The notes under the pieces: generated by a model
Database searches by the model: none
Seen by the model: only the letters and a program-made list of their open reading frames with translations
What the model was told of the DNA's origin: nothing
Source of the DNA: an uncultured Eubacterium sp.
GTDB taxonomy: Bacteria > Bacillota > Clostridia > Lachnospirales > Lachnospiraceae
Length of the DNA stretch: 64,000 nt
Direction: 5' to 3'
Assembly (NCBI GenBank): GCA_964555015.1
Contig: CAZKQV010000006.1
Coordinates: forward strand, 18,875-82,874
Made by a program: the position numbers and the translations under genes
Shown: piece by piece, positions 39,658 to 48,917 of the stretch
Position numbering within the stretch: position 1 is the first letter of the stretch
Layout of the letters: every line of letters begins with the position of its first letter

Positions 39658-40290
39658 ATGAAAAATCCATGGGAAGAAATTTCTTTATCTGATTATGAAA
39701 ACCATATGAAACTTGACTCTGTTATGCAGTTGCAGGCCATGAACCAGATGATGAAAGGCCAATTTGATTCTTATGACATCTCTAACGTCATGATCCTGGG
39801 AGTTGCGGGAGGAAATGGCCTGGAGCATATTTCAAAGGACAAATTTAAAAAAGTGTACGGGGTGGATGTGAATGCTTCTTACCTGAAAGAAGTGATGCTG
39901 CGATATCCGGATTTAGAGGGAGCTTTGGAGTGTCTGTGTGTGAATTTGCTGGAGGAAACGGAGCTGCTTCCCGGGGCAGAGCTGGTGATCGCAAATTTGC
40001 TCATTGAATATATAGGGTATGAATGTTTCCAAAAAGCGATTCGACAGATTAATCCAAGATATGTTTCCTGCATTATCCAGATTAACTTAGAAGATAATTG
40101 GGTATCGGATTCCCCTTATCTCCACGTTTTTGACGGATTGGAGCAAGTACACCACCAAATGGAAGAGCGTGCGTTAGAAAAGGCGATGTATGAGGTGGGT
40201 TATCATCCGATCAAAACCTTAGATCATATGCTGCCTAATGGGAAAAAGTTAGTTCAGATTGATTTTGAAAAAAATAATATGGTGAAGTAG
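39658..40290 (+). CDS. Class I SAM-dependent methyltransferase (substrate unknown)
   Basis: Motif I ILGVAGGNG, acidic motif II VYGVDVN, and motif post-II LVIANLLIEY. Confidence 0.7.
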   Translation: MKNPWEEISLSDYENHMKLDSVMQLQAMNQMMKGQFDSYDISNVMILGVAGGNGLEHISKDKFKKVYGVDVNASYLKEVMLRYPDLEGALECLCVNLLEETELLPGAELVIANLLIEYIGYECFQKAIRQINPRYVSCIIQINLEDNWVSDSPYLHVFDGLEQVHHQMEERALEKAMYEVGYHPIKTLDHMLPNGKKLVQIDFEKNNMVK

Positions 40291-40301
40291 GGAATACAGT
40301 C

Positions 40302-41228
40302 ATGGAATTGAATCAATTAAAATATTTTATTGCCTGTGTGGAGTATGCGTCACTAACTAAGGCGGCGGAAGCGTTATATACGACCCAGCCCCATGTGAGC
40401 ATGGTAATTAAATCTTTGGAAAAGGAACTTGGGGTTACGTTGTTTCGGAGAAAAGCAAAAGGCGTAGAGCTTACAGAAGAGGGCCGCCGGATTTACGGCT
40501 ATGCGAGGGACACTTTAAAAAATACGGAACTGATTTATTCGGCGTGTCAGAAGAAGGAGCATTCCTATCTTCGGATCGCTTCCAATCCCAGCAGTTATAT
40601 GGCGTTTTTTCTCACGGATTATTATAAAAATCATTGGAATAAAAAGCTCTCTTTGCAGTATACGGAGTGCGGCATTGAGGAGATGATCTCTTTGATCTCG
40701 GATCAAGAGTACAATTTGGGATTTTTGTTTGTCCCGGAGCATAAAAAATCGGCGCTTTTCCATATGCTGGAAAACCGGCGTTTGAAATTTGTTCCGCTTC
40801 TTGTGACAGATTTGGTTTTATATGTGGGGGAAAATCACCCTCTTTATGGGACGGAGTCCGTGGAACCGGAACAGCTTTCCGAACTGGGATTTGTCCAGTG
40901 GGAGGATGATTTTTTTGCCATAGAAGATTTGCTCTATGCCTATCCTAAGTATCGCAGGAAGAGCCGGCCTTTGAATCAGGTGGTAAAGACCAACAGCAAT
41001 CACATGATGATACAGATGCTGAATCGTACGGACTTGTGTAATCTGGGAAGTTACTGGTTAAAAGATCGGTATCGCCAGTATGATTTTGGACGGATCATGG
41101 TAGATGGATTTCAGGGAAAGGTTTCCTTTGGATACATCAGCCATTTGGGACGTTCTTTCAGCGAGCAGGAAGAAGCTTTTCTGGGCTATCTTAGTCATAT
41201 AATATGGCAGGAGGGACTTCGTAAATAA
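40302..41228 (+). CDS. LysR-family transcriptional regulator
   Basis: N-terminal HTH LTKAAEALYTTQPHVSMVIKSLEKELG and a roughly 200-aa effector domain. Confidence 0.85.
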   Translation: MELNQLKYFIACVEYASLTKAAEALYTTQPHVSMVIKSLEKELGVTLFRRKAKGVELTEEGRRIYGYARDTLKNTELIYSACQKKEHSYLRIASNPSSYMAFFLTDYYKNHWNKKLSLQYTECGIEEMISLISDQEYNLGFLFVPEHKKSALFHMLENRRLKFVPLLVTDLVLYVGENHPLYGTESVEPEQLSELGFVQWEDDFFAIEDLLYAYPKYRRKSRPLNQVVKTNSNHMMIQMLNRTDLCNLGSYWLKDRYRQYDFGRIMVDGFQGKVSFGYISHLGRSFSEQEEAFLGYLSHIIWQEGLRK

Positions 41229-41368
41229 AAGACAATAAAAATAACAAAAGAAACCTAACGGGGGTATTGTAAGTTAGCTGTTTATAACTGCCCGTTATGT
41301 TCTATATATAAAAAAGACGGAATATCTCTGATTATAGATTCACGTTATAATAATATAGGGGTGACATT

Positions 41369-42745
41369 ATGCGTAAATTATTATCAGGGAATACAGAAAT
41401 ACATATGGAAAAAGGACCGATCGGGAAAACATTGCTCTTGTTTACTCTTCCGGTCCTTTTGTCGCAATTATTGCAGCAGCTTTATAATATTTGCGACTGC
41501 ATGGTGGTAGGACATTTTGGAGGAGATTACGGTCTCGCCGCCACAGGCGTGGCAGGACTGATCATCTCCGTGATCATTAATTTTTTCATTGGTTTTTCCA
41601 CGGGAATCAGTTTTATTACGGCAAAGTTATTTGGCTCTTATCAGTATGCCAAGTTAAAACGAACGATTTACACGATGATTTTTTTGAGTATTCTTCTTGG
41701 AGCGGCGCTCACGGTGCTTGGGATCCCTGCGTCAAGAACTTTTCTCATTTGGATTAGCTGCCCCGAGGATACGATCTCTTCGGCAGAATTATATCTTAGG
41801 ATATGTTTTCTGGGGATGATACCGCAGCTTGTTTATAATACGGGAAATGCGATACTGCGCTCCCTGGGAAATACCAAATCCCCGCTGATCTATCTTGGAA
41901 TTTCTTCTTGTCTTAATTTAGTCCTGGATGTGCTCTTTGTGCTGGCGGCTTCCGGCGGGCTTGCCGGAGCGGCCTGGGCTACGGTGACGTCCCAGTGGAT
42001 CCTGGCGTTTTTCATTTTAAAGAAACTTTTTTCCATGGACGAAGCCTATCGTCTGGAGCTTGGGCAGAAGCTGCTGCCTGTGAAAGAGTTTGCAAAGATC
42101 ATGCAGGTCGGGATTCCGTCCGGAATGCAGGCTGTTTTCATGAGTATCTCCTCTCTGGTAATCCAGGTGAGTATCAATCAGTTTGGCCAGGCTGCGGTTG
42201 CCGGAATGACAGTGTATGCAAAAGTGGAAGGCTTTCTCTACTATCCGGCCTTTTCCTACGGCATGGCTTTGACCGGTTTCGTGGGCCAGAATCTGGGAGC
42301 TGGAAAGATGGATAGGATCCGTAAGGCGATGAATACCAGTTTAAAGATCGCCGTGGGCTTTACTGTGCCGGTAAGTCTGATCCTTACCATATTTTCCAGG
42401 TATATTTTGCTCTGTTTTACAAAAAACCCGGAGATCCTTGCCAATGGGCAGGCTGCGATCATGAACATCCTCCCGTTATATTTTTTGTATTCGATAGACC
42501 AGGTTTACATCGGCGGTCTGAAAGGATTAGGAAAGACCGGTTATACGATGCTGTGTTCCATGATCTGCTATTGTCTGTTCCGAATAGCGTGGTGCAGCAT
42601 TCTCCTTCCGATCTGGTGGGATATGAGAGTGGTATATCACAGCTATAATGTCAGTCTGGCTTTGATGCTGGCGCTTCTTGGCGTGCGCTATTATAAACTG
42701 TTTAAGAAAATAGAAGTGGAAGAATATCAAATGATTGTGCAATAA
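41369..42745 (+). CDS. MATE family efflux transporter
   Basis: 458 aa with 12 hydrophobic segments. The N-terminal PVLLSQLLQQLYNICD is typical of MATE. Confidence 0.8.
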   Translation: MRKLLSGNTEIHMEKGPIGKTLLLFTLPVLLSQLLQQLYNICDCMVVGHFGGDYGLAATGVAGLIISVIINFFIGFSTGISFITAKLFGSYQYAKLKRTIYTMIFLSILLGAALTVLGIPASRTFLIWISCPEDTISSAELYLRICFLGMIPQLVYNTGNAILRSLGNTKSPLIYLGISSCLNLVLDVLFVLAASGGLAGAAWATVTSQWILAFFILKKLFSMDEAYRLELGQKLLPVKEFAKIMQVGIPSGMQAVFMSISSLVIQVSINQFGQAAVAGMTVYAKVEGFLYYPAFSYGMALTGFVGQNLGAGKMDRIRKAMNTSLKIAVGFTVPVSLILTIFSRYILLCFTKNPEILANGQAAIMNILPLYFLYSIDQVYIGGLKGLGKTGYTMLCSMICYCLFRIAWCSILLPIWWDMRVVYHSYNVSLALMLALLGVRYYKLFKKIEVEEYQMIVQ

Positions 42746-42759
42746 AAATAAAAAATAGA

Positions 42760-42788
42760 TTGAGATAATTTTCGATATGCAATATAAT
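42760..42788 (+). promoter_or_regulatory. Sigma-A type promoter for the UbiD/UbiX/LpdD cassette
   Basis: TTGAGA - 17 nt - TATAAT, about 50 nt upstream of the GTG start. Confidence 0.55.
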
Positions 42789-42839
42789 TTGGACAGATGA
42801 AGAGGAAGGAAGCATATTGGGAAAAGGAGAGCAAACTTC

Positions 42840-44309
42840 GTGAAAAAAGTAAGAGATTTGCGCAGCGCCCTGGATCTTTTGGCCGAAATCCCGGGGCAGC
42901 TTATAGAGACGGATGTGGAAGTGGAGCCGATGGCGGAGCTTTCCGGAGTATACCGCTACGTGGGAGCTGGAGGTACGGTGATGCGTCCTACGAAGGAAGG
43001 TCCGGCGATGATCTTTAATAATATAAAAGGGCATCCGGACGCAAGGGTGGCGATCGGCGTGCTTGCCAGCAGAAAGAGAGTGGCAAGATTTTTGGATTGC
43101 AGTCCCCAGGATTTGGGGAAGAAATTATATAAGAGCGTGGCGCATCCGGTTCCCCCGGTGGTCACGGATAAGCCGGCGCCTTGCCAGCAGGTGGTGCATA
43201 AAGCCACCGATCCGGATTTTGACCTATATAAACTAGTTCCGGCCCCGACCAATACGCCGGATGACGCCGGGCCTTATATCACGCTTGGGATGTGCTATGC
43301 GACCCATCCGGATACCGGACTTAGCGATGTGACCATTCATCGGCTGTGTATTCAGGGAAAGGATGAATTGTCTATTTTCTTCACGCCCGGGGCCAGACAT
43401 ATCGGAGCGATGGCAGAGCGGGCGGAGGAGCTTGGGAAAAGACTTCCGATCTCCGTTAGCATCGGAGTCGATCCGGCCATCGAGATCGGTTCCTGCTTTG
43501 AACCGCCGACCACACCCCTAGGCTATGACGAGCTGGCGGTTGCCGGAGCTTTGCGTGAGGAACCGGTGGAACTATGCCAGTGTTTGACCGTGAAGGAACG
43601 TGCGATCGCCAATGCAGAGTATGTGATCGAGGGAGAAGTGATCCCGAATGTGCGCATTCAGGAAGATCAAAACAGCCATACCGGCTATGCCATGCCGGAA
43701 TTTCCGGGCTACACAGGGCCGGCCAGCGATCAGTGCTGGCTGATTAAGGTGACGGCGGTGACCCACAGAAAAAATCCGATCATGCAGACTTGCATCGGAC
43801 CAAGCGAGGAACACGTTTCCATGGCGGGGATTCCGACGGAGGCCAGTATTTATGGCATGATTGAAAAAGCGATGCCGGGCAGGCTACAGAATGTATACTG
43901 CGCTTCTCCGGGAGGCGGAAAGTTTATGGCGGTGCTTCAATTTAAGAAGCTGACGGCCAGCGATGAAGGGCGCCAGAGACAGGCGGCCTTGTTAGCCTTC
44001 TCTGCGTTTAGCGAACTGAAAAATATCTTTCTTGTGGATGAGGATGTGGACTGCTTCGATCTAAATGACGTAATGTGGGCCATGAATACCCGTTTCCAGG
44101 GGGACGCCGATATCATTACGATCCCCGGAGTGCGGTGCCATCCTTTAGACCCTTCCAATGATCCAAGCTGTTCTTCCAGCATACGCGATCATGGAATCGC
44201 CTGCAAAACCATATTTGATTGTACGGTGCCGTATGACCAGAAAAAGAGATTCCAACGAGCAAGATTTTTAGAGGTGGATCCTTCCCATTGGGTGGGAGAG
44301 GAAGAATAA
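42840..44309 (+). CDS. UbiD-family (prFMN-dependent) reversible decarboxylase, LpdC/gallate-decarboxylase-like size class
   Basis: 489 aa with a GTG start and GGAGAG upstream. The N-terminus LRSALDLLAEIPGQLIE is typical of UbiD. It is followed by ubiX and lpdD homologs. Confidence 0.8.
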   Translation: MKKVRDLRSALDLLAEIPGQLIETDVEVEPMAELSGVYRYVGAGGTVMRPTKEGPAMIFNNIKGHPDARVAIGVLASRKRVARFLDCSPQDLGKKLYKSVAHPVPPVVTDKPAPCQQVVHKATDPDFDLYKLVPAPTNTPDDAGPYITLGMCYATHPDTGLSDVTIHRLCIQGKDELSIFFTPGARHIGAMAERAEELGKRLPISVSIGVDPAIEIGSCFEPPTTPLGYDELAVAGALREEPVELCQCLTVKERAIANAEYVIEGEVIPNVRIQEDQNSHTGYAMPEFPGYTGPASDQCWLIKVTAVTHRKNPIMQTCIGPSEEHVSMAGIPTEASIYGMIEKAMPGRLQNVYCASPGGGKFMAVLQFKKLTASDEGRQRQAALLAFSAFSELKNIFLVDEDVDCFDLNDVMWAMNTRFQGDADIITIPGVRCHPLDPSNDPSCSSSIRDHGIACKTIFDCTVPYDQKKRFQRARFLEVDPSHWVGEEE

Positions 44310-44321
44310 AGGGCCGGTAAA

Positions 44322-44897
44322 ATGGGAGAAAGCAAAAGGATTATTGTGGGCGCCACAGGCGCCAGCGGATTTCCAATCTTAAAAAAATGTCTGGAGATCG
44401 CGCGGATCGCTCCGGACTTTGAGACCTGGCTTATTATGAGCGACAGCGGAAAAATGACTTTGAAGCATGAATTAAACTGTGAAGTTTCAAAGATAGAAGA
44501 ATTGGCGGATCACGTCCTTGAACCGGGAGAAATCGGCGCATTGCCTGCCAGCGGATCCTTTCGGACGGAAGGGATGCTGATCGTACCCTGCACTATGAAA
44601 ACCATTGCCGGAATCTGCGCCGGGTATGCGGACAATCTGATTTTGCGCGCGGCGGACGTGACCATAAAGGAACAAAGAACCCTGATCCTTGCAGCCAGAG
44701 AGACGCCCTTAAGTTCCATTCACTTAAGAAATCTATACGAGCTTTCCCGGATACCGGGCGTTAGAATTATTCCGCCTATGCTGACCTTTTATCACAAGCC
44801 GGAAAGCATAGACGATATGGTTTATCATACGGCGGCAAAGCTTTTAGAACCTTTTGGCATTGAGGCGAGAGAGTATCGCAGGTGGAAGGGGATTTAG
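44322..44897 (+). CDS. ubiX: UbiX-family flavin prenyltransferase
   Basis: IVGATGASG at the N-terminus and the VPCTMKTIAGI motif; 191 aa. Confidence 0.9.
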   Translation: MGESKRIIVGATGASGFPILKKCLEIARIAPDFETWLIMSDSGKMTLKHELNCEVSKIEELADHVLEPGEIGALPASGSFRTEGMLIVPCTMKTIAGICAGYADNLILRAADVTIKEQRTLILAARETPLSSIHLRNLYELSRIPGVRIIPPMLTFYHKPESIDDMVYHTAAKLLEPFGIEAREYRRWKGI

Positions 44898-44898
44898 T

Positions 44899-45255
44899 GT
44901 GGAAAAAACAATAAAAAAGAAATTATCTTTTTCAGAATTGACGGTGCAGATCAGACAGGTTGGAAAAGATTATCAGATTGTAGTTTCCGGAGGAGACAGG
45001 CCGCATATCGGCTGTGTGGTGATGGCAGTTCCAAGACCTTCCCTCACCGGGGATGGAAGCGTCAAAGCCACCTCCTCCGTTCTTAATTTGACTGGACATA
45101 AGGATGAAACTTTATGCCGCTGTCTGGCGGAAGAAACCGCAAAGAAGAAAAATGCGGTGGCGGTCTGTACCGGAGGATTTCATGCCGATCATATCACTTT
45201 GCAGCAGATACGGGAAGTGAAGGATGCGGTGATGGAAATCGCAAAACAAATATAA
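44899..45255 (+). CDS. LpdD-like small subunit / prenylated-flavin chaperone of UbiD-type decarboxylases
   Basis: GTG at 44899, right after the ubiX stop. IVVSGGDRPHIGCV, GHKDE and TGGFHADHIT match my recollection of L. plantarum LpdD (IVVTGGTNPHIGDV, HKD, TAGIHVNQIT). Confidence 0.65.
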   Translation: MEKTIKKKLSFSELTVQIRQVGKDYQIVVSGGDRPHIGCVVMAVPRPSLTGDGSVKATSSVLNLTGHKDETLCRCLAEETAKKKNAVAVCTGGFHADHITLQQIREVKDAVMEIAKQI

Positions 45256-45268
45256 AACGATAATTTAA

Positions 45269-45308
45269 GGGGATGCTGCAAAAACTGCATTTTGCAGCAT
45301 TCCCTTTT
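45269..45308 (+). terminator. Rho-independent terminator after the decarboxylase cassette
   Basis: 15-bp stem GGGGATGCTGCAAAA / TTTTGCAGCATTCCC, 6-nt loop, followed by TTTT. Confidence 0.8.
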
Positions 45309-45340
45309 GATGTGCGCCTCTTGGCGCAGGAGGAGAAACT

Positions 45341-47083
45341 ATGTGGAAATATATCAGGCAGTATCTTCATTATGCGATTCTTGCCGCCGCCTTTATGGTC
45401 GGCGAGGTTTTGATGGATCTGTTACAGCCGGAGATCATGAGTAAAATTGTGGATGAAGGCGTACTGGGGCTACACAGCGGCGGCACGGGAAATTTGAGTC
45501 TGGTGTGGACGCTGGGAATCCGGATGATTTTTCTTGTGATTTTTGGAGGACTTTGCGGTTCTCTGAATAACGTATTTGTACATATGGCGGGACAAAATAT
45601 TGGAAATGAAATCCGCAAGGACGCCTTCCGGAAAATCATGAAGTTTTCCTTTCCCCAGGTGGATCAGTTCGGCACGGGCAGCCTTGTGACCCGGGTGACA
45701 AACGACGTGACCCAGGTGCAGAACTATCTGTCCCAGTTTGTCCGTGGAATGATCCGCACTTCCATGCTGATATTTGGAAGTATATTTTTTATGTTTCGCA
45801 TAAACCACCGGTTCGGACAGATTGTGCTTTGCGCTTTCCCGTTTATCGTGGGATGCATCGTTTTTTGCATCGGAAAGGCAAATCCTCTTTTTGAAAAGCT
45901 GCAGGCCCATCTGGACCGGATCAACGGGATCATGGAGGAAGATGTTTCCGGAATCCGCATCATCAAAGCCTGCGTCCGGGAGGGATATGAAAAGATCCGG
46001 TTTGGCAAAGCCAATGACGCCCTTATGAAAACCCAGCTTCAGGTATTGGTGATTTTTGCTTTTATGAACCCGGTGGTCAATGCGCTGATGTATCTTGTGG
46101 TGGGAGTGATCTTATGGAGAGGCTCTTACGAAGTCGGAGCGGGCATGACTACGCCGGGAGATATTATGGCGGCCATCACCTACACCACCCAATTATTAAA
46201 CGGTATTTTAGGACTGGTCATGCTGTTTCAGAATATTTCCCGGGGCGTTGCTTCCTGGGGACGGTTAAAAACGATCCTTCATACCGAACCGGAACTTTGT
46301 GACGGCGATTTTCGCGACTCTGCTCGGGTTTGCGGCGAGATTGCGTTTCGTAACGTCTCTTTTGCCTATCCGGGCAGTGAGAAAATGGTCTTAAAAGATG
46401 TGAATCTTACCATTCATCCCGGAGAGACTTTGGCGATCATGGGAGCCACCGGTTCGGGAAAAACTTCTTTGATTAACCTGATTCCCCGGTTTTACGATGT
46501 GACCAGAGGAAGCGTCTTGGTGGACGGCGTAGACGTCAAAGAATATGAGCAAAGGGCGCTTCGGGAAAAAGTTGCCGTCGCTTTGCAAAAAAATGAGATG
46601 TTTAGCGATACCATAGCGGAAAATATCGCCTGGGGAGATCCCGGCGCCGGAAGGGACGCCATAAATGAAGCGGCCAGGATCGCCCAGGCCGAAGAGTTTA
46701 TCTTGGCTGCGCCAGAAGAATATGATACCATAGTTGCAGAAAGGGGCATGAGTCTGTCCGGCGGTCAAAAGCAGCGCCTTTCCATAGCCAGAGCCATAGT
46801 CAGACATCCGGAAATCCTGATCTTTGACGACGCCACCAGCGCTTTGGACTTAAAAACAGAGGCAGACTTATATGAGGCGCTTGAGGCGGTGAACCAGGAC
46901 TGCACGAAAATCATTGTGGCCCAGAGGATCGCTTCTGTCCGCCGCGCGGATCGGATCGTTGTTTTGGATAACGGAGAGGTGGCAGGGTGCGGAACCCACG
47001 AAACTCTGATGGAGAGCTGCCCGATTTACCGTGATATTTATGATTCGCAGATGGGAGAGGACGGTGAAGATCATGGCCGATAA
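45341..47083 (+). CDS. ABC exporter half-transporter (TMD-NBD), subunit with a degenerate Walker B
   Basis: Six N-terminal TM segments, Walker A GATGSGKTS, signature LSGGQKQRLSIARA, and Walker B ILIFDDATSALD (Asp in place of the catalytic Glu). Confidence 0.9.
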   Translation: MWKYIRQYLHYAILAAAFMVGEVLMDLLQPEIMSKIVDEGVLGLHSGGTGNLSLVWTLGIRMIFLVIFGGLCGSLNNVFVHMAGQNIGNEIRKDAFRKIMKFSFPQVDQFGTGSLVTRVTNDVTQVQNYLSQFVRGMIRTSMLIFGSIFFMFRINHRFGQIVLCAFPFIVGCIVFCIGKANPLFEKLQAHLDRINGIMEEDVSGIRIIKACVREGYEKIRFGKANDALMKTQLQVLVIFAFMNPVVNALMYLVVGVILWRGSYEVGAGMTTPGDIMAAITYTTQLLNGILGLVMLFQNISRGVASWGRLKTILHTEPELCDGDFRDSARVCGEIAFRNVSFAYPGSEKMVLKDVNLTIHPGETLAIMGATGSGKTSLINLIPRFYDVTRGSVLVDGVDVKEYEQRALREKVAVALQKNEMFSDTIAENIAWGDPGAGRDAINEAARIAQAEEFILAAPEEYDTIVAERGMSLSGGQKQRLSIARAIVRHPEILIFDDATSALDLKTEADLYEALEAVNQDCTKIIVAQRIASVRRADRIVVLDNGEVAGCGTHETLMESCPIYRDIYDSQMGEDGEDHGR

Positions 47084-48884
47084 AAAATTAGAAGAACGCA
47101 ATATTCCCGGGATGATGAATCGAAGCGCCCGTTTTGCCCAGGTGGAGTATGCAAATAATATCAATGAAACCTTAAAACGGATTCTGACATATTTCGCTCA
47201 AGAAAAATGGACGGTACTTTGGATGCTTCTCGTGGTGATTTTGGGAACCCTCTGCGGCGTCTACGGACCAAGCCTTCAAAGTAAGGCGATCGATATCATA
47301 GCAGGAACGCAAAAAGGCTCTCTGATCACAACCTTAAGTCTCATGCTGGCGGCTTATCTTCTCTACAGCGGATGCCAGCTTTTCCAAGGGCTGATCAGTG
47401 CGAAACTAAGCCAGCGGATTGTGAAGCGGATGCGGGAGCAGCTTTTTTCAAAGATCGTAAAATTGCCGGTCAAGTATTTGGATACCCATTCCCATGGCGA
47501 TGTGATGAGCCGCATGACCAATGACATTGAAAATATCTCCACCACCATCTCCCAGTCGCTTCCGTCGCTGTTTTCGGGAGTGCTGACCATTTTGGGGACC
47601 GCGGCGATCATGCTTTACTTTTGCTGGCAGCTTGCCATATTAAGTTATGTCACAATTTTCCTTACATTTTTTGCAACGAAGTTGTTGTCAAAACAGGTGC
47701 GCAAGTTTTCCAGAAGGAGACAGCAGCTTTTGGGACAGCTCAATGGAACGGTGGAGGAAATGATCTCCGGTTACCGTACTGTGGTGGCTTACAATCATCA
47801 GGAAGAAACCGTTCGGGAATTTTGTGAGACCTCCGATTCCCTAACCAAAGCGGGCATCCGAACCGATGCGTTTAGCGGCGTGATGGGACCGGTGATGAAC
47901 TGTATCGGAAATATCGGATTTGTGATTATCACAGTCTTTGGAGGATATTTTTCCATAAAAGGATTTATTTCCGTGGGGATCATCTCCGCGTTTATCGTTT
48001 ACGCAAAGCAGTTTAGCCGGCCGATCAACGAGCTTGCCCAGATCTACGGGCAGATTCAGACTGCCATCGCCGGGGCGGAGCGGGTGTTCATCGTGCTGGA
48101 CGAAGCGGAAGAACCGATGGAAGGATGTCCCTTAAAAGAAGGGGAAAATGCGGCGGTATCCTTTGAAAATGTTAATTTTTCCTACGTGCCGGGGCATCCG
48201 GTGATAAAGGACTTTACTTTGACCGTCCCATCCGGGAAAAAGGTTGCCCTGGTGGGAGCTACGGGAAGCGGAAAAACAACCATAGTCAATCTTTTGATGC
48301 GATTTTATGATATCGACAGCGGAAGGATTAGGATCGGCGATCAGGATATTGCCAGCATCAGCCGGGAAAGTCTTAGGAAAAACATTGCGACTGTTTTGCA
48401 GGATACCGTATTATTTTCCGATACGATCCGCCATAATCTGCTCTATGCCAGAGAGGACGCTTCGGAGGAAGAGCTTAAGAGGGCGGTTTCCATGAGCCGT
48501 TGTGAGGAAATGATAAAGAGGATGGCGGAGGGGTACGACACCCGGCTTACGGCTTCCGGCTCGAATATCAGCCAGGGGCAGCGGCAGCTTTTGGCGATTG
48601 CCAGAGCCTTCGTTGCGGATCCTCAGATTTTGATCTTGGATGAAGCCACGTCCAACGTGGATACCCGAACGGAAAAAAATATTCAAAGCGCCATGCACCT
48701 TGCCATGGAAGGACGTACCAGCATTGTGATCGCCCATCGCCTCTCTACGATCCGGGATTCCGATCTGATCGTGGTCATGGATCAGGGAAAAATCGTGGAA
48801 AGCGGAGATCATGAGAACCTTCTTAGAAGAAAAGGAAGATATTATGAGCTTTATATGACACAGTACGCAGGATTTACAACGTGA
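47073..48884 (+). CDS. ABC exporter half-transporter (TMD-NBD), subunit with a degenerate signature motif
   Basis: Walker A GATGSGKTT, Walker B ILILDEATSNVD, and signature ISQGQRQLLAIARA (non-canonical). It overlaps the upstream gene by 11 nt. Confidence 0.9.
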   Translation: MADKKLEERNIPGMMNRSARFAQVEYANNINETLKRILTYFAQEKWTVLWMLLVVILGTLCGVYGPSLQSKAIDIIAGTQKGSLITTLSLMLAAYLLYSGCQLFQGLISAKLSQRIVKRMREQLFSKIVKLPVKYLDTHSHGDVMSRMTNDIENISTTISQSLPSLFSGVLTILGTAAIMLYFCWQLAILSYVTIFLTFFATKLLSKQVRKFSRRRQQLLGQLNGTVEEMISGYRTVVAYNHQEETVREFCETSDSLTKAGIRTDAFSGVMGPVMNCIGNIGFVIITVFGGYFSIKGFISVGIISAFIVYAKQFSRPINELAQIYGQIQTAIAGAERVFIVLDEAEEPMEGCPLKEGENAAVSFENVNFSYVPGHPVIKDFTLTVPSGKKVALVGATGSGKTTIVNLLMRFYDIDSGRIRIGDQDIASISRESLRKNIATVLQDTVLFSDTIRHNLLYAREDASEEELKRAVSMSRCEEMIKRMAEGYDTRLTASGSNISQGQRQLLAIARAFVADPQILILDEATSNVDTRTEKNIQSAMHLAMEGRTSIVIAHRLSTIRDSDLIVVMDQGKIVESGDHENLLRRKGRYYELYMTQYAGFTT

Positions 48885-48917
48885 TAAACAAAAGAATGCA
48901 AAGGGAGGAGAAACACT

